Positions 43,401 through 58,053 of a stretch of 64,000 nucleotides of DNA are shown piece after piece. The position numbers and the translations under genes were made by a program. Origin of the DNA: Lingula anatina. Its lineage: Eukaryota > Animalia > Brachiopoda. Under the pieces are notes generated by a model. That model made no database searches and was not told the DNA's origin. It saw only the letters and a program-made list of their open reading frames with translations. Each line of letters opens with the position of its first letter. The first letter of the stretch is position 1. Where the stretch lies: assembly GCA_051362555.1 (NCBI GenBank), contig CM120640.1, positions 6,262,001 through 6,326,000 of the forward strand. Direction: 5' to 3'.

Positions 43401-46400
43401 CTAGACTACTGTACACACAGTAAGAATAGCTTTTTATGATAACTGGGTTAAAAGCGCTATCCTGATTACGTTATTCTCAATAGATGGAGCATAATACTAA
43501 GCGGGCATATATTTGACTACAGACTGAAAAATGACTCATGTAGGTGGAGAAGTTCTAAAATAGGAAAGTAATAAAGACAAGGACATCGAATCAATTTCGC
43601 ATTTAAAAATTTGCTTTTTATTACACCTCCGTTCAAATAATAAAAAAATTCCATTTTATGAATTTTGGTGATGCCTGAGTATACCGTATAATTCTAAGGT
43701 TGCATATACCCGCAATATACTCTATGTGAAGACCAGCATATTTCCACGTCACCGACATTAATTATTCGTCATAAAATTTTAACAGAAAATTAAGGATGGG
43801 ATTTTTCTGGTGACATACACACTAGTGTTGGACCAAACATGGCAACGGCAACCGGTACGAATTATTCAGTATCAAAGCTAAGTCTTACCAAATAAAAGCA
43901 CAGCATTTCAGTTACAACATTCACATGAACCAAAACAAAACCGAAATTGCAAAAGGAAGTAATACAATGTTCAACATCAGCAAACAGTCTTAAACTAGCA
44001 GTAGTGTACTGTTTATCCATTATTTATCCTCTATGTAGTGCGCAGATGTATCTCAAATGTCCTATAACAAAAACAGTAGCTTATTTACACAGGCTAAACA
44101 TATAGACACAACTTGGTTGCATTATTCAACTGAATAAGCAGATACTTACGTGCAACAACCAAACGTTAACTGTCATTATCTGGTTTTTTTCATCCTAAAA
44201 TAAAATGTATATACGTCTCATTCATAAGCTAAATCATGTTTGGAGATATAGTCTGTGCACAATATTACACCTTATCAACAATGTTTATCTAGTACCATAA
44301 TTAAAAATCTAATTTAAAATATAATTTCTTTTTTCTTTAGAGGAGGGGGACAAGTTATAGAAGCCTCCGAGTGTTTTGATGGATAATCTTTCGTTTTTGG
44401 GCATATCGTTTTAATTAGTATCACATTCTGGTTTTGTTTATGGTGTGTTTTAACACTATTCAAAATAGTTTTCTTTGAATATAATATTCAAATTGAATGT
44501 ATACGGCGGCATTTACGACCACTTCATAACGTACTAGTACGCATACACTGTGCGCCTTACATGCCTTGTAGGTGCTTTTCAGTGGTATGCGCCTAGCCAC
44601 TTCACTTCATTATGGCAAAAAAATCAATCCCCTCGATTTCTCAAAGCCAAACATGTAATTGTAAATTATGGAGCACGGGTCAACTATCAAACAATCCTCA
44701 GTGGTCTAGAAAATTCAATTTTGGGGCAATTAATCGGGAAATTCGAGGCGCTTCAATTTCTTGAGAAACTTATTACATATAAATCTAAATCGAAAAGATA
44801 TGGATCAGGAGCATTTGGACGAAAACAACATTATCTGTGCTTCTGAAGTTCCATTACTTATCCCCTCAGATTAGCGATAATGTTTCGTGATTTGTCTGCA
44901 TTACAAAATTCCAACACCATTGCCTTATTTCAAAATACATAAAAAATTCAATATGAAGAAAAAATCTGAAAACAACAATGATAATAGTTAAAATGATCAA
45001 TTAAACTAAGAAATCATGAATGCAGCACTGCACATACATGTGTTGCTATAAAACCACATTAGTTAACATGTTGTTGCTGGATTATCATGAGCTGCTACGG
45101 ACTTGGCTTAACACACAGTTGCATGCTCACCTGAATAAATAATTACAGATTAAGCGACTGCCAGTATACACAGTTATGTGATTTTTGCACAGCATACGTG
45201 ATGCTGGCGGCTCACTGTTTTCACTTGATCACGTGCACAGTCTGAACCAGAGAGCTGTTGTCTCGTTATAATTGAGATTATCGGAAACATGGAAGAGGAG
45301 GTGAGAAGGGATATTTTTTAGCAAACGGACTGTAAAACTACATGTTTGCCACTTGAGAAAAATTAATCATTCTTTTTTTTTCATTTTCACAACACGTACC
45401 ACATCTATGAGCTGAGTTAGCTTCAATCCCAGTTTGACCGTCAGTTTGTCCGTGTTGTTGCCTACTGGACGGATGAGTTTATTGTACTTTCGTTTTTTGA
45501 ACAAATCATCGTACAGCCTACGGGCATCAGGGTTGCCTTCCAGTTCTGGAAAAAAAAAGAAACTGCTCAGTTTCTACAAGTACAAAAAAATTTATTTGCT
45601 CTGCTTGAAAACCCCAATTTATCAATCAACTGTCTGTCTGTATTAATTCTATATATATATATTTTTTTTCTTTCTAATCATTTTTTCGTTTTTGAAATCT
45701 TAGCTTTTTGTTGAACTGTCCAAAGCGATTCCATGAGCAAAAGAAGAGACTTCAAAGACGGCTTTACATATTAGTTGTATTAGTGTATCAACTTCCCGGA
45801 CATCTGTCTCTAAAGTTTTTTTTCTATGGTTACAAATAAAACCAGCATTTCCGTTAATAAGATCATACTCAGTCATGAATCAAAAACTAATCAATTCTAC
45901 CTCGCCCGGGAGATCGTTGAAGGTAATTTAAAGTATTTTTCATTCATCATGAGGTGTGCTTTATACAACAGAAAATAATTAAGACTAGAACTGGGTTAGA
46001 ATGGCATCAAATGAGAGCCGGTTGAAAGGCATGTTCCATGCAAACACAGTTCCAGCACGTTAACCCGAGATTGGGTTGAGGCGAAATACTATTATATCCA
46101 GAATGCTCGGCTCTTTAATTTGACTTAATGGTTTACAAATGTTCATAATGATAGAGGTCATTGGTGTAGAAAGTTACGTCAGATTCGTAATAAATTAATT
46201 GCATTTAGCATCGCTAGAGTAAACGAGATCACCATATCCCCTGGTGACTATACAGACCTATCACTGATACACCATGGGGCGCAGTGGACGTTAAGATAGT
46301 TGTATGCAGATCGATGGTTGATGAACGTTCTTGTTACAACAGATTTGCCTGGTAGCAAAATTTCTCTGTCAAATTTATTAATTGAATCAACACTCGCTCA

Positions 46401-49400
46401 TAACACACGTCGTGTCCAAATAAACCGTATCAAACCCCGATTCACTTCTGCCAAACTTATTTAAAGTCCTTGATTGATTCAAAATAAATCAACACTTGTA
46501 AACAAATGTCACTGGAAATTATTCACTTATGCAAAATCGGCAAATCGGCTTGAAGGCACTAGATGAATAAACATAGAAATAACGTTTATATATGTATATT
46601 TGTTTATATTATTAAATTTAACAGCTATCTCAGTTTACACGCTATGAAATTTTCGGACGGGTCGGGGGGGGAGGGTGTTTTGGTCGAGATCGGCAGCGTG
46701 GATGAGAAGGAACTTTTCTCTTTGCAACCATGTGAGGTATCCAAAATCTTGGTGAGAGCTGCCACATTTAAAAAGCAACTGAAATGTTGTAAAGAACTAG
46801 AGATATAGAAAACTGCCAATGAATATCCAGGACCTTTGAAGATACTGCTGGTGCGTGACACGTCCGACAGAGCATCACAGAAATACTTTCACGGGAATAC
46901 AAGAAGCAAGAATGACAAAATATGTCGTTTTTGTTGGTGGCTTTTAAGATGACATGTTCTGATAAATAAGTGATCGAAGATCATGAGGTTGTGCATTAAA
47001 ACTGAAAAGAAACCAAGATGAATATGTAAAATGACATTCGATTTAGCGACTGCTTAACAAAAGACTAGCTACACTATGGAGTATAAACCTGAAGCAATGG
47101 ATGGGTTTGTCTGATAAAAGTTAAAAGATAACATGGGAAGGAGTGATAAATTGTCAGTATTGCTTTAAAGAAATGTGAAAATCTGCGGATCAATGACCCT
47201 TGCAATTTTTTTCTTTTTTGGACAATCGGTGATATTGAATATTTCCAAGCATAGAATCTGGGTGGTCGATTCCTCTTCTTGAGGTTGATGGCTGTGAATC
47301 GTAGCAACTGTTGTCGAGATAAGATTTCCATACAAATGGATGGTATGAAATATTAACTGAAAATAAAGAAAACGGCGCAAGTTCTTTACAAAATCGACAA
47401 ATTGGCTTGAAGGCAATCGCGCGTAATATTGAAAATATCAGGATCAGTTACGATTAGTTCTGAGTAAAGTTTATTGTTTAACTAATGAGGGATGGAGGTC
47501 GAATTATTTTGTATATAAGATGTTGGCAGAATATTGTATACTGTAAACATCTAAGCATAAAACGTTAAAAAATCACTGCAAAACAGACTGATTCTGTTCA
47601 GTAACTGGACACCAATTTGGAAACGGAGGAATTATATGACATTCCATGCATCATTAACCGCGGTCATTATTAGCACGAACGCCGACTTTGTTTTTTCTTC
47701 AAGGCAAGGTCTCCACTTCCTACAGCAATATAATGCTATTTAGAATATTGGTTACATTGTTTCTCTTTGAACACATCATGCTATCAATTAATCGTTTGTG
47801 TGATAAATGACATTAAATGCATTTCGTTTCCTCAACGCCCTGTTACGACTTCAATGCACTCTATAATAACAAACCTACCGTCAATCGTCAACATATATTG
47901 TATGCACTGTCCGATTTTGAAATTAGATTTATGCTTTATTTGTTATTTTCTAACTTGCTACCTACAATTAGAAAACAAACTCCGTGGCCGGAGTATAAGT
48001 ATATAGAAAGTAGACACATTCTGCAAAAGAGGTTGGTGTAGTATTCTCGAGATAAGATGCTATTTTATATACATAAGTTCCCATGGAAATAGCAACCGAT
48101 ATCATTGGAAGAAAATGGTAATATGCTGTACATACTGTACAAAGGCAGAGCACTTACCTGAAGGGATCTAAAGATAGAGCTACTGACGTATTGGGGATGA
48201 TTTACCATTTGTTTGGAGAAATCAAAAAGGTATCTACTTGTTTGGGTTATCTTGTAGACACAAGTAATAAACCACTTCTGAAAATTATACGATGTGACTC
48301 CAGCTTTTGATGTTTGTCTTCGGCAGATATTATCAAGGAAACCGTTTGAGGTCCATAACCTATACTAGGACTACTTTTCTGCAAGAAACATAGGTCATTT
48401 GAGAAGGGATTTACCTGCAATGCCTTAAGCTGTGTGCGATACAACTAAGAACAGTTTGTAAACATAATCTTTTAAGAACATGTTAAAATATCATTTTACA
48501 GTACTACTTGTACTATTCCTAGGTACCTTTAAATGGCAGTCCATATAGGGACAGGCCACTGTTGCTCAATACTGGAGCAATTACAGTTTTCGGCATCAAA
48601 TGTAGAAACTTTTTGTTTACAAGCACATTTCGTTATAAGCGACTTTCGAGTTTGGGTTTGTGGGCAGACAAACAAAGAAAACTGTTCATAACGAGATGGT
48701 TAAGACTTACGGCAAAAGAAATTAATCTAGACCTTTATACATAAAAGTATATATTCACACCCATTTTGCTCAATAAAAGTTATGAGTAAGTTGTGCATAT
48801 TCTATCCAGTTCGTAGCCAGGATGTAAGGTAAAACGTTTATCTTCCGACAATACCTGGCCGGTCCCACTGTAGAATGACCATGTATATGTTTTCCCATTG
48901 ATTACTACCAGAAACCACTACATGTTATTTATAAGATGAGAGAAAGGTTAGGACAAATGGTCATGATTGTGGCATACATCACTTGACATATCGCATTCAA
49001 TGTTCTAATCTCAAGATACCAATAACTCCTCCACATATACATGTATAACATATGCCTTATACCTTTTTGCAACTCTTCAATTACAGGCGAATTGGCCACC
49101 TGTGAGTCAAGGATTTCTGGTAAAAAAGAAGGAGGCATTTATTATCATACAAGAGCCAAACCTCGTGGTATTTAGGCATTTTAGCTATTGCTATATTGAA
49201 CATATAACCAGAGCACTGTGATGAAAAGGGCCCCTGTGCCCCTAGACTGGCCAATGGATGAACCATACAGGCGGCTAAAACCCCACTTACCAAAAAGCGG
49301 GTTTTTGTAATAAATTAAAGGCAAACAAGAATCTTTACTAATCAAGTCCAGGACTTAATAAGTGGTATGGAGACGTAGATTCTGTAGGAAACACGTGTGT

Positions 49401-51427
49401 TTGTAGTGAACCATTAATAAACTCTCAATAAAGTAATTGAAAACAACAATGACATTGTTCAGGCTGGTGAGATCCGATTTCTCTGCAGAGATTTCTTTAC
49501 CTCCTTTAACATTACGTTTCATTTACCTAGTGCCATTCATTAAATATAGTACACATAACACGAAGAATACATCCGGAGGAATATGATGTACTTCAATTGT
49601 TAACGAAGGTACAATTCTTATTCAATAACAGACCCATCTGTAGCGTAACAGAAGATAAATATTATGGTTGCAAATGGATGGCACACCGTTTGCCGGGCTA
49701 TATCAATACCAGATGAACAAGGCCATATCGATTCAATTCATATTTTTGTTCAAAATCTAAATAATTTACAGAGAGAATTTATCTAGATTTATATCTGTGA
49801 GAATCAAATGCCGCGTAAGAGAATGACGCTCCCTTCATTGCTGGGAATATAGGAAATCAATTTTAATGTAGAATCCAAGCTTTCTCTTCCTGATTCTTCA
49901 ACACAGACTGACAGGAGAGTCAATCATATTGGCACTGGGGGAAATCCGTGGCAGCGGAAAAGGAGGAATTTGAAAAAAAAAACGAAGTTAGAACCAGAGT
50001 ATTTCAAAAGTGTGTGAGTCAAAATTCTGACAGCCGGTCGTGATATAGAAATTCTTTTAACAAGCGTGTTGTTTGCAGTTCTCTGGTTTTTATTGGTCGC
50101 ACACCGTGATACGTGCTAACGAAGAACAATTTATTTGTGTTTTATTACAAATAAGAGTAGGCCGATTATGCTTCCTACGGGCCATTACTGTTAGATCATT
50201 AGCAGAGAACAGGACACTCACGCTCCATTAACTACAAATCAATAACAGCAGGATAGGGACTCAGCAGTATGGCTACCATCGATATTTCTTAACATCCATA
50301 CTAGATATTTACCCTGTTTTCATAAACAGCAAAGAGTGAATAAATACCATTTGTGAAAAAAAATGTATGACAAATAGTTCGCATGACAGAGCTTTGTGCT
50401 TAATATTCCCAGTCAATAATGAGGGACCAGGCGCAAGAAATCTGATAAATATCTCGTTTCAAATATGGGCGAATTTATGTCTCCCCGGTGAAATAAAACA
50501 CGTAATATTAAATTACATGTAAATCTTAATCTGTACAGTGAAACCGTGGGGAGAAAGAGAACGAGATATGCTGCGATTTTATTAACAATTCAATGCTTTC
50601 ACGGAAAGTATTATATCCCCGAATATGACTTTGTTTAGAGGCCCTTTTGAGAGTAAGTCGCCCATAAGTTTGCGGCGGGTACTGAATTGTTTGTATGAAT
50701 ACCCGCGATGCTTTTGTTTGCAGTTTGCAATACTCGTGTTTACTCCTGATGTTTACGCACATTAAGCAGTGAAAGCAACTTTTTGCGGCAGTCTCACTCG
50801 GGCAGAAATGTAAAATTTCCGTAGATTAAAACCCTGTGTCTGAGAAACACATTTCACTCCGCCTTCTCAACGGCGCCCTAAGTGGAAACAATTAACAGCT
50901 TTCGACGCAAGTGCTTTATTTTCACGTATTATTCCGGTTGAGCTGTTGTTTGGTGTTTTGGTTTACATTTACCAGTATTGCACACTGTTTATATATGAAC
51001 TCAAAACAAACAAAGGATCGGCAATAAAAAGTAAATATGAAATTCGAGAGAGCTAAATCTATCGTTAAAGTCTGTGTCACTTGTCAAGTTATGATCAGCG
51101 CCCTTCATCAGTAAAAAAGAGTACAAATCCAAAATACAAACAGTCGAAGACTGTTGGCAGAGCACTTAGGAGGCTCACAAATTGAAACATGTAGAATTTC
51201 TGGAATAATTTACAGCCGAATTTACGAATGATAGTTCCCGCCCACCCCGTGGCATTAATCAAAAGTAAAAAGAAAAACATTCTTAACCGAAGCAACTGCT
51301 GTCATCGATTTGTCGTTAGTCATGACAAGAGAAACAGAGGCTGAACTAGAAGGAAAACATAGATTCACTCACCTTGAAAATACAACACAGCGAACAAGCC
51401 GACCAAAAGCAAATATGATTGCTTCAT
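40458..51427 (-). CDS. Nicotinic acetylcholine receptor alpha subunit, paralog B (~492 aa). Exons 51427-51373, 45545-45400, 44194-44150, [42874-42765 or 42536-42427], 42182-41429, 41024-40821, 40622-40458
   Basis: Signal peptide [18 protein letters not shown]; same exon sizes as paralog A except exon 5 (754 vs 760 nt); Cys-loop, YYSCCPEPY, identical M1-M3, [10 protein letters not shown], ends [11 protein letters not shown]. Confidence 0.96.
42427..42536 (-). CDS. nAChR-B alternative exon 4b (110 nt)
   Basis: cag|[36 protein letters not shown](N)|gtgagt. Confidence 0.9.
42765..42874 (-). CDS. nAChR-B alternative exon 4a (110 nt)
   Basis: TACTAAC branch point...cag|[36 protein letters not shown](N)|gtaagt. 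Confidence 0.9.
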
Positions 51428-53539
51428 TTTACAGGACGTCCTTTCTGTACAACTAACTGTATCACCAATATTTTCAGCTCTCCTCGCGTGAATAACGATC
51501 ACCAAATTCTTGTATCAAATTCAAAACTGATAATCAAACGTTGCAAAGTATATCACCATGTTATGTATCCAAGCACTTTCCAATCTTTTGGCTCATTAGT
51601 ATCTTGCAGATGTGTCCATTGATACGGCGAACGTGAGGTCTATTCCAGACAGCTGTTGCGATAACTAATGATCAAGGATGCCCGCTGAATCAACTTGAAT
51701 AGTGAGTAGATGGGAATCTTGCAACTATCAATCTTCGATAATTTATCAAAGCGATAGGTTGAGTTAAACACGAGGCTTTCAAGATTTATGATCGGTCAGG
51801 ATTGCCGTCTTCAGGTAACCTTCAAAACCACCATCGGACGCTATCGCCAGGTAAAAATAAACTCGATGTTGCGATGAAGCTGATACCAACCCTCTTCCCT
51901 GACTGGTTACTATTAGTGTGCCGGTATTTCCCGCTATATTTATCTATTTACGTTTACCTGGGTTTCAACCTCTTACCCCTACTCAATGTATACGTAGTGT
52001 GAAGCCGCACCGTTCAAGTGGCCCTCGGTTATATACATACTCATGCAGACGCTGCGACCTGAGGGAAGTGCTGAAGAGCAACTGGGGAGCAACTTGACAC
52101 TGTCCAATTTTCTTAGCATATACTAAACGTTGCTTGGTCGATAACTTGTGTAATCTCAGGACACGAGTCAGAAATTAATTGAAATGAATGTGTTTCGATT
52201 GGAATTCTATCTTGTTTTCACTCCCATTGTTGTGATGTAAGTGATAGTTTTGTTGCTTGCATCCGGGAAAGTTGAGCAACCATGTGTAGATAGCAGGCTA
52301 CTTACTGCATAAGGGCCTGTGTTTTCCGTAATAGCTTCCTAAATATGTTTATTGTTCTCTGTGAATCTTTGACTATATTTTAAAAAGGTAAATAAAAACG
52401 GTTTATGGCCTATAATCACTTAACAGGAAATTTGGACACTTGAAAGGAGGGCTTAGTCAAAAGGAAGGTACAGATGGTACAGAGGAGGGGACAGGGGGGA
52501 CAACTACCTATGAAAAGATGGGTTAAGTCGGGTTAATACTACCTTGATTTCGAAAAAAAAAATGTGATTTTCTTTTTTACTCGTCCTTTAATTTTTGTTC
52601 ACATGTATCATGTTTTTAAAACACAAGAAAAACTAAAGGGCCATCTTGTATGAAATTATATATATTTTAAAGATTTAAATCATTTTTATCCCCTTCCTAT
52701 ATGATAAAAACCTTCCACCTAGCTTTTTTTTTTCAAAACTCATTTCTCAGCCATTTGATGGGCAGACTTTTTACGATTTTGCTTTAGACTTGGGCTATGG
52801 TAAATACCACAGTAGGCTACATGTCCGTACATGTGCTAAACCTAACCGTGATGGTTTTGTACAAGTCTATTAGTAGAAACCAATATGCCATGGACGCCTA
52901 TCCCGTTGTAGTTTACTGTCAGATTCATCGGTATTTTTCATCTTTCTTTAGAGCCTAGAGGGCTATCAGAAAATCTCCCTAGACATTACCTTGTACGTGA
53001 GATAAAATGATTTCTAAAATTGAATAAAGACATCGAACAGGGGAGAGGGATGTGCATTTTATAGGCCTACTTATTTTAAATATTTCACGTTATATTTATT
53101 TTATCTGTTTTATGTAGGGCTAATAATTGGCGCGAACACTCCTAAAAACGCAATTGATCACGCTATCTGTACGTGTTTTGTAAATAAACTATTGTCTGCT
53201 CTCATCGTTTTAAAACACTTGACTCTATTTTCTATACATACATGTATATACTAGTATAGGCCTACCTATAGGGGGCTACTGTACATGTACATGGCAAACA
53301 TTTTTTTTAATTTGGATCTTAAAGAGACAGCCGATTAATTTGTATTGTTTTAAACATTTCTTTCATTTTAAAAATGTTTTTCCAGATCTCGAACAAGTTA
53401 AAGTGACCAAATGGCTGAACTAAATGTAAAGAATGCATGTTTTGACGCTATTTGAAGTCAGCTAACAGTAAAGCGCAATTTCATATGACGCACTGAATAT
53501 TTGGAAATGAGGCACCTGCGAGGATAAAAGGAGACTGAT

Positions 53540-53680
53540 CATGTGACTGTACAAAATGGCCGCGTTCAGAAGCACATGAACCCTGCACCTGAGCTGTGGT
53601 AATATTCTCTTCGAAGTTAGACCAGTGTTTTAGCATTGTAAAGATTTTGAATATACCTTCTACGAAATAAAAAGGTAATA
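53540..53680 (+). promoter_or_regulatory. Probable AMACR promoter and non-coding first exon
   Basis: YY1-type CAAAATGGCCGC at ~53552; donor-like AAG|GTAATA at ~53675; the coding ATG at 54175 directly follows an acceptor (TGCAG|ATG). Confidence 0.5.
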
Positions 53681-54174
53681 TTACAGACGCTACTTAGGCC
53701 TTTCTTCTTAAGTGAAATTTAGTATGTATCACAGTACAGGTAGGCCTACTGAGTAGAGGATGGTACATTACCTAGCTGGTACATGAAGCAATTCTGCATG
53801 TAATGTATCGGTACAATGTACTTCGAAGAATCATACTGTATTACAGCTGCTACTGGTACATAAAACATGTACTAGCAATAGTAGTATTACTTGGAGTAAC
53901 ATTGTCTCAGTTATTTTCCAAGCAGTATACAGTACCCCTATCATACCAGTGCAGTATACTACAGTAGTAGTACATGTACAGTACATGTAGTAGTACATAC
54001 ATGCATGTACTGTATAGTTACTATTGGGTAATTTTCACTGTATATACGAGTATCATATATCACAGAAATATTACACTGTAGACTGTGCTTGTATATGTAG
54101 CTATAGCTATTGTGAGACTGAACTGTTGCTTACAATACCAGCCATGTGTCATATTTTTGTGTCTATTACTGCAG

Positions 54175-57100
54175 ATGACAGCCTTAAATGGCATAAAAGT
54201 TATTGAACTTGCTGGTCTGGCACCAGGCCCCTTCTGTGGAATGATACTAGCAGACTTTGGAGCTAAAGTCATCAGAGTGGACAGGGTGGGTAACTATCTA
54301 TACTAATATATATAAACTAGAGTATTTGTAAACCATAATTTCCATGTTACTATACATCCAAATAAGGGTCCCAGCGCATGTCACACACCAGATAGTGAGA
54401 TGCACAACTCATGCACTGTATTGGAGAAGTGGAAAGAATAAATTGTTTTAACTGGTTATTTTTACCCTGTTAAATATAATTAAATTTCATTTGTGCAGCT
54501 ACATGTTTGTTAAGGTAATAATACTAGTGCAAACAGTGCATACTAGCAAATGATAATTTCTGTGATAAATGAATGAGTTGCCATTGACTATGCCCTGAAA
54601 TTTTGGTGGAATTCTAACTCCCAATTTCTTGTAGGGTTGCATGTTGTTTCTCAACACCTGGTCTCTTTTTGCTGGCTAGTCAGAGCAAGTACTAGGGTAG
54701 CTGCTCATGCGCAACAACTTAATACAGTAGCTAATTAAAAAGAAAACGAAATGGTTCACAAGTAACTCTGTTCTGTTGATGATGTAGATTGTATATGGTA
54801 CATGTCTGATTTTTTCTTTCAGATCAAAGCTCCACAAGATGCAAGTCAACTTGGGAGGGGCAAACTTTCCATTGCTGTTAACTTGAAGAAGACTGAAGGA
54901 GTTGCAGTAGTAAGGAAACTTTGTAAATCAGCAGATGTATTGATTGAGCCATTTAGAGCAGGTACAGTATGATTACAGTATGTTCATTTCACATTTGATT
55001 ATTTGCCATTCTGAAAAATACTAAATTTCCCCATGGATAAAAAAGCCATCCAGATTGTGCATTTCCATTGTATCTGTTTAGTTATATTCTATAAAAGCTA
55101 GTTAATCATTGTATCATAATGTTTCAGGTGTTATGGAAAAACTAGGCCTAGGCCCTAAAATATTGTTAGCAGATAATCCAAGCCTTGTGTATGCTAGATT
55201 GACTGGTTTTGGGCAGAGTGGACCTTATGCCCAAATGGCAGGACATGACATCAATTACTTAGCAGTAGCAGGTACATATATCATATATATTCTGACATGA
55301 TTTCTCTATGGTTATTGCACTGAACTTAAGGGCTTATGTGATTTTCTACATGTTGGTTTTAGTCTAATTAAAATTTGGATTTAATTTGGTTTTGAGTCTG
55401 GTTTTAAATAATAACTTGATTGAAATTTTTGAGCCAGTAAAACCAGATTTAGGCTGTCTAATGAAACTAGGTTCAAAATTAAAACTAGATTTAAACGTTG
55501 GTTTTTAATCTCGTTTAAATATGGTAAGATATTACCAAAATGAACATATATAATCTAACTCCAATGTTTAAGGTATGACCTTAATCTGTGTAATTATATT
55601 TTATTTAATTATAGTTATACAGTAGTTACATACGTGTATTCCAGGTGTCCTTTCTACCCTTGGAAGAAAAGACCAGAATCCCACACCACCTGTCAACATA
55701 CTGGCAGACATGGCAGGGGGTGGCATGACCTGTGCCCTGGGGATCACAATGGCTCTACTGGAGAGGAACAAGTCTGGGCTGGGACAAGTCATTGATTCCA
55801 ATATGGTGGAAGGCTCAGCATATCTTAGTGAGTATAATTCATCTTCCTCTTGCACTTGCATCGTATCTTCCAAGGGCTCTTTTATGCCATAATACTATAT
55901 ACAATACATGTAGTATAAATGCACAAGGGGCAAATGATTGTTGTAAAAAGTTCAATAACACAAATTTCTGTTTCTTATTAAGGTTATTTGCTTTTAACTT
56001 CATGCATGAGCTTATCCTTAAATGTTTCAATGCTGTTACTGTGTTTTCATGTTGTTCTTTGATTTTATTTTTATATGACAACTACAATGTATTATCATTC
56101 CTTGCCATTATAAGCCTTATCATACATTTTGATGCTTTTTTTTTTAAATCAAATTTTGATGTGTTAATGATTTTAGGGGTCATATTAGGGTCATATTAAA
56201 GTCATATTATTATATGGCATTCAATAGCAAAACACTACATTTTGATTAAAAAATTTGCCCGTTTTTTTTTTTTTTTTTTTTTTTCTTACAGAATATTTCA
56301 ACACTATTTAAAGAATATTAATAATAATTTATTCCATATCTTGTTGTAGGTTCTTTCTTATGGAAGACACAAGATAACCAATGGATTTGGAATAAACCAA
56401 GAGGAGGAAATGTTTTGGACTCCGGTGCACATTTTTATGATACATATAAAACCAAAGATGGACTGTACATGGCTGTTGGTGCAATAGAGCCTCAATTTTA
56501 TTCCAAGTTTATTGAAGGTATTTATTTGAATATTGTTAAGTCAAACTATGCTTCAGAATAAATTTTGGTGCTCAACATGTACCTATATTTTCTACATGAA
56601 ATGCACTCAGTTTTTGTTGTTTTTTACTAGCAGGTTTTTAAAGTTTTGAAGCAGTAATTTGATTATTGATTCAAAATACCTTTCTGCCGTTTTTTTCCTG
56701 ATTCTCACATTCTGTTTGATAAAGTGCTACCTGTTCAATTTGCCATTTTCCTCTCACTGAGGAAGATTTCTAAAGATGTGAACATGTTTACTTTTTTTCT
56801 TTCAGGACTAGGATTGAGTTCAGATTCCAATGAACAATATTCAGATTGGGATGAAATGAAAGAAAAAATTGCCAAAATTTTTGCAACAAAAACCCGTGAT
56901 GAGTGGTGTCAGATATTTGATGGCACTGATGCTTGTGTCACCCCAGTGCTTGGTCTTGAGGAAGCTGCATCCAATCCACATAATAAGTCCAAACAGACAT
57001 TTTTATCTAGCCCCAATGGAAAATCTGAGCCCATCCCAGCACCAAGATTGTCCCGGACACCAGGAATGCCCTCCTCCACTTCTCAGCCTCATATTGGTGA

Positions 57101-57206
57101 ACACACTAGACAAGTACTCTATGATGCTGGTTACAGTGAAAAAGAGGTCGATCAGCTGGAGAATAGTGAGGCTGTTGAATGCCATAAACACCAATCAAAA
57201 CTCTAG
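54175..57206 (+). CDS. AMACR: Alpha-methylacyl-CoA racemase (CoA-transferase family III), 6 coding exons
   Basis: [37 protein letters not shown] / GRGK.SIAVNLK...[11 protein letters not shown] / VMEKLGLGP...[10 protein letters not shown]...AGHDINY / [13 protein letters not shown] / [24 protein letters not shown] / DACVTPVL...PAPRLSRTP; C-terminal SKL peroxisomal signal. Confidence 0.95.
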
Positions 57207-58053
57207 ACAATTTTTTATTCGTGCCTAAAAAGCATTGCTTGATTGGTGTTCACTTTTCATGTGCATTCCTGTCTTTTAAAATGTGATCATGTTATATGAT
57301 ATTATAACAACTTGTGCATATTCAAACTTTCCATTATTCAGGTAACAGGACAGTTAACTGCCAAAACAGCAGTGCCTTTGCCAGTCACTTGTTTTTTTAC
57401 TAAAAATGCATGTAGAATATTATCAGCAGTTCAAATCATAATTGAAGTGCTTCACTGAAAATTTGTTCTTGCATTCTTAGAAATTATTCATGCATTTTTG
57501 ATAGTGCCAACAAATGCATTTTTAAGTAAATGTCAAGTATTTTTTGATAATTCCAACTTTAGAATTTTGCACAACTTTTAATCTTTATAATCTTTATATG
57601 CCTTTTCTGTAAATAAGAAACTTAAATCAAAATTTATTAATCATATCATTTATTATCAAATAAAAATTCTGAAACAATTTCTTACATTTACTTTAAAATT
57701 TTAAAGCGTCTTAATTGTTACAGTAACCAAATGATATTGCACCTTTTTTATGATTAAAAAAATGTTTGAAATAGAATGTTGATGAAAATGCAAAATTGTA
57801 AAAATGCACTAAAATGTTATATTTTTCTGTTTTGATATCTTTACTTAAAGGAATGTAACAAAATGTGTTACAATAGGTATCTTTCAAGTACTACTGATTA
57901 TATCTATATACTTGTTTAGGGGTCTAAATGAAATCCAACAGGAATATTTCCTATTTTATTAAGCAATAAAGAATTTTTTTCCTTTTCATATAGCAATCGG
58001 TGTTAATATTTATTCCCTGAGGTGTTAACACTAGGAACAACGGTGATACATCA

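Noticed and set aside
40458-51427. nAChR-B as haplotype duplicate or pseudogene
   Set aside because: Introns and most silent sites strongly diverged from A; all exons open and in phase.
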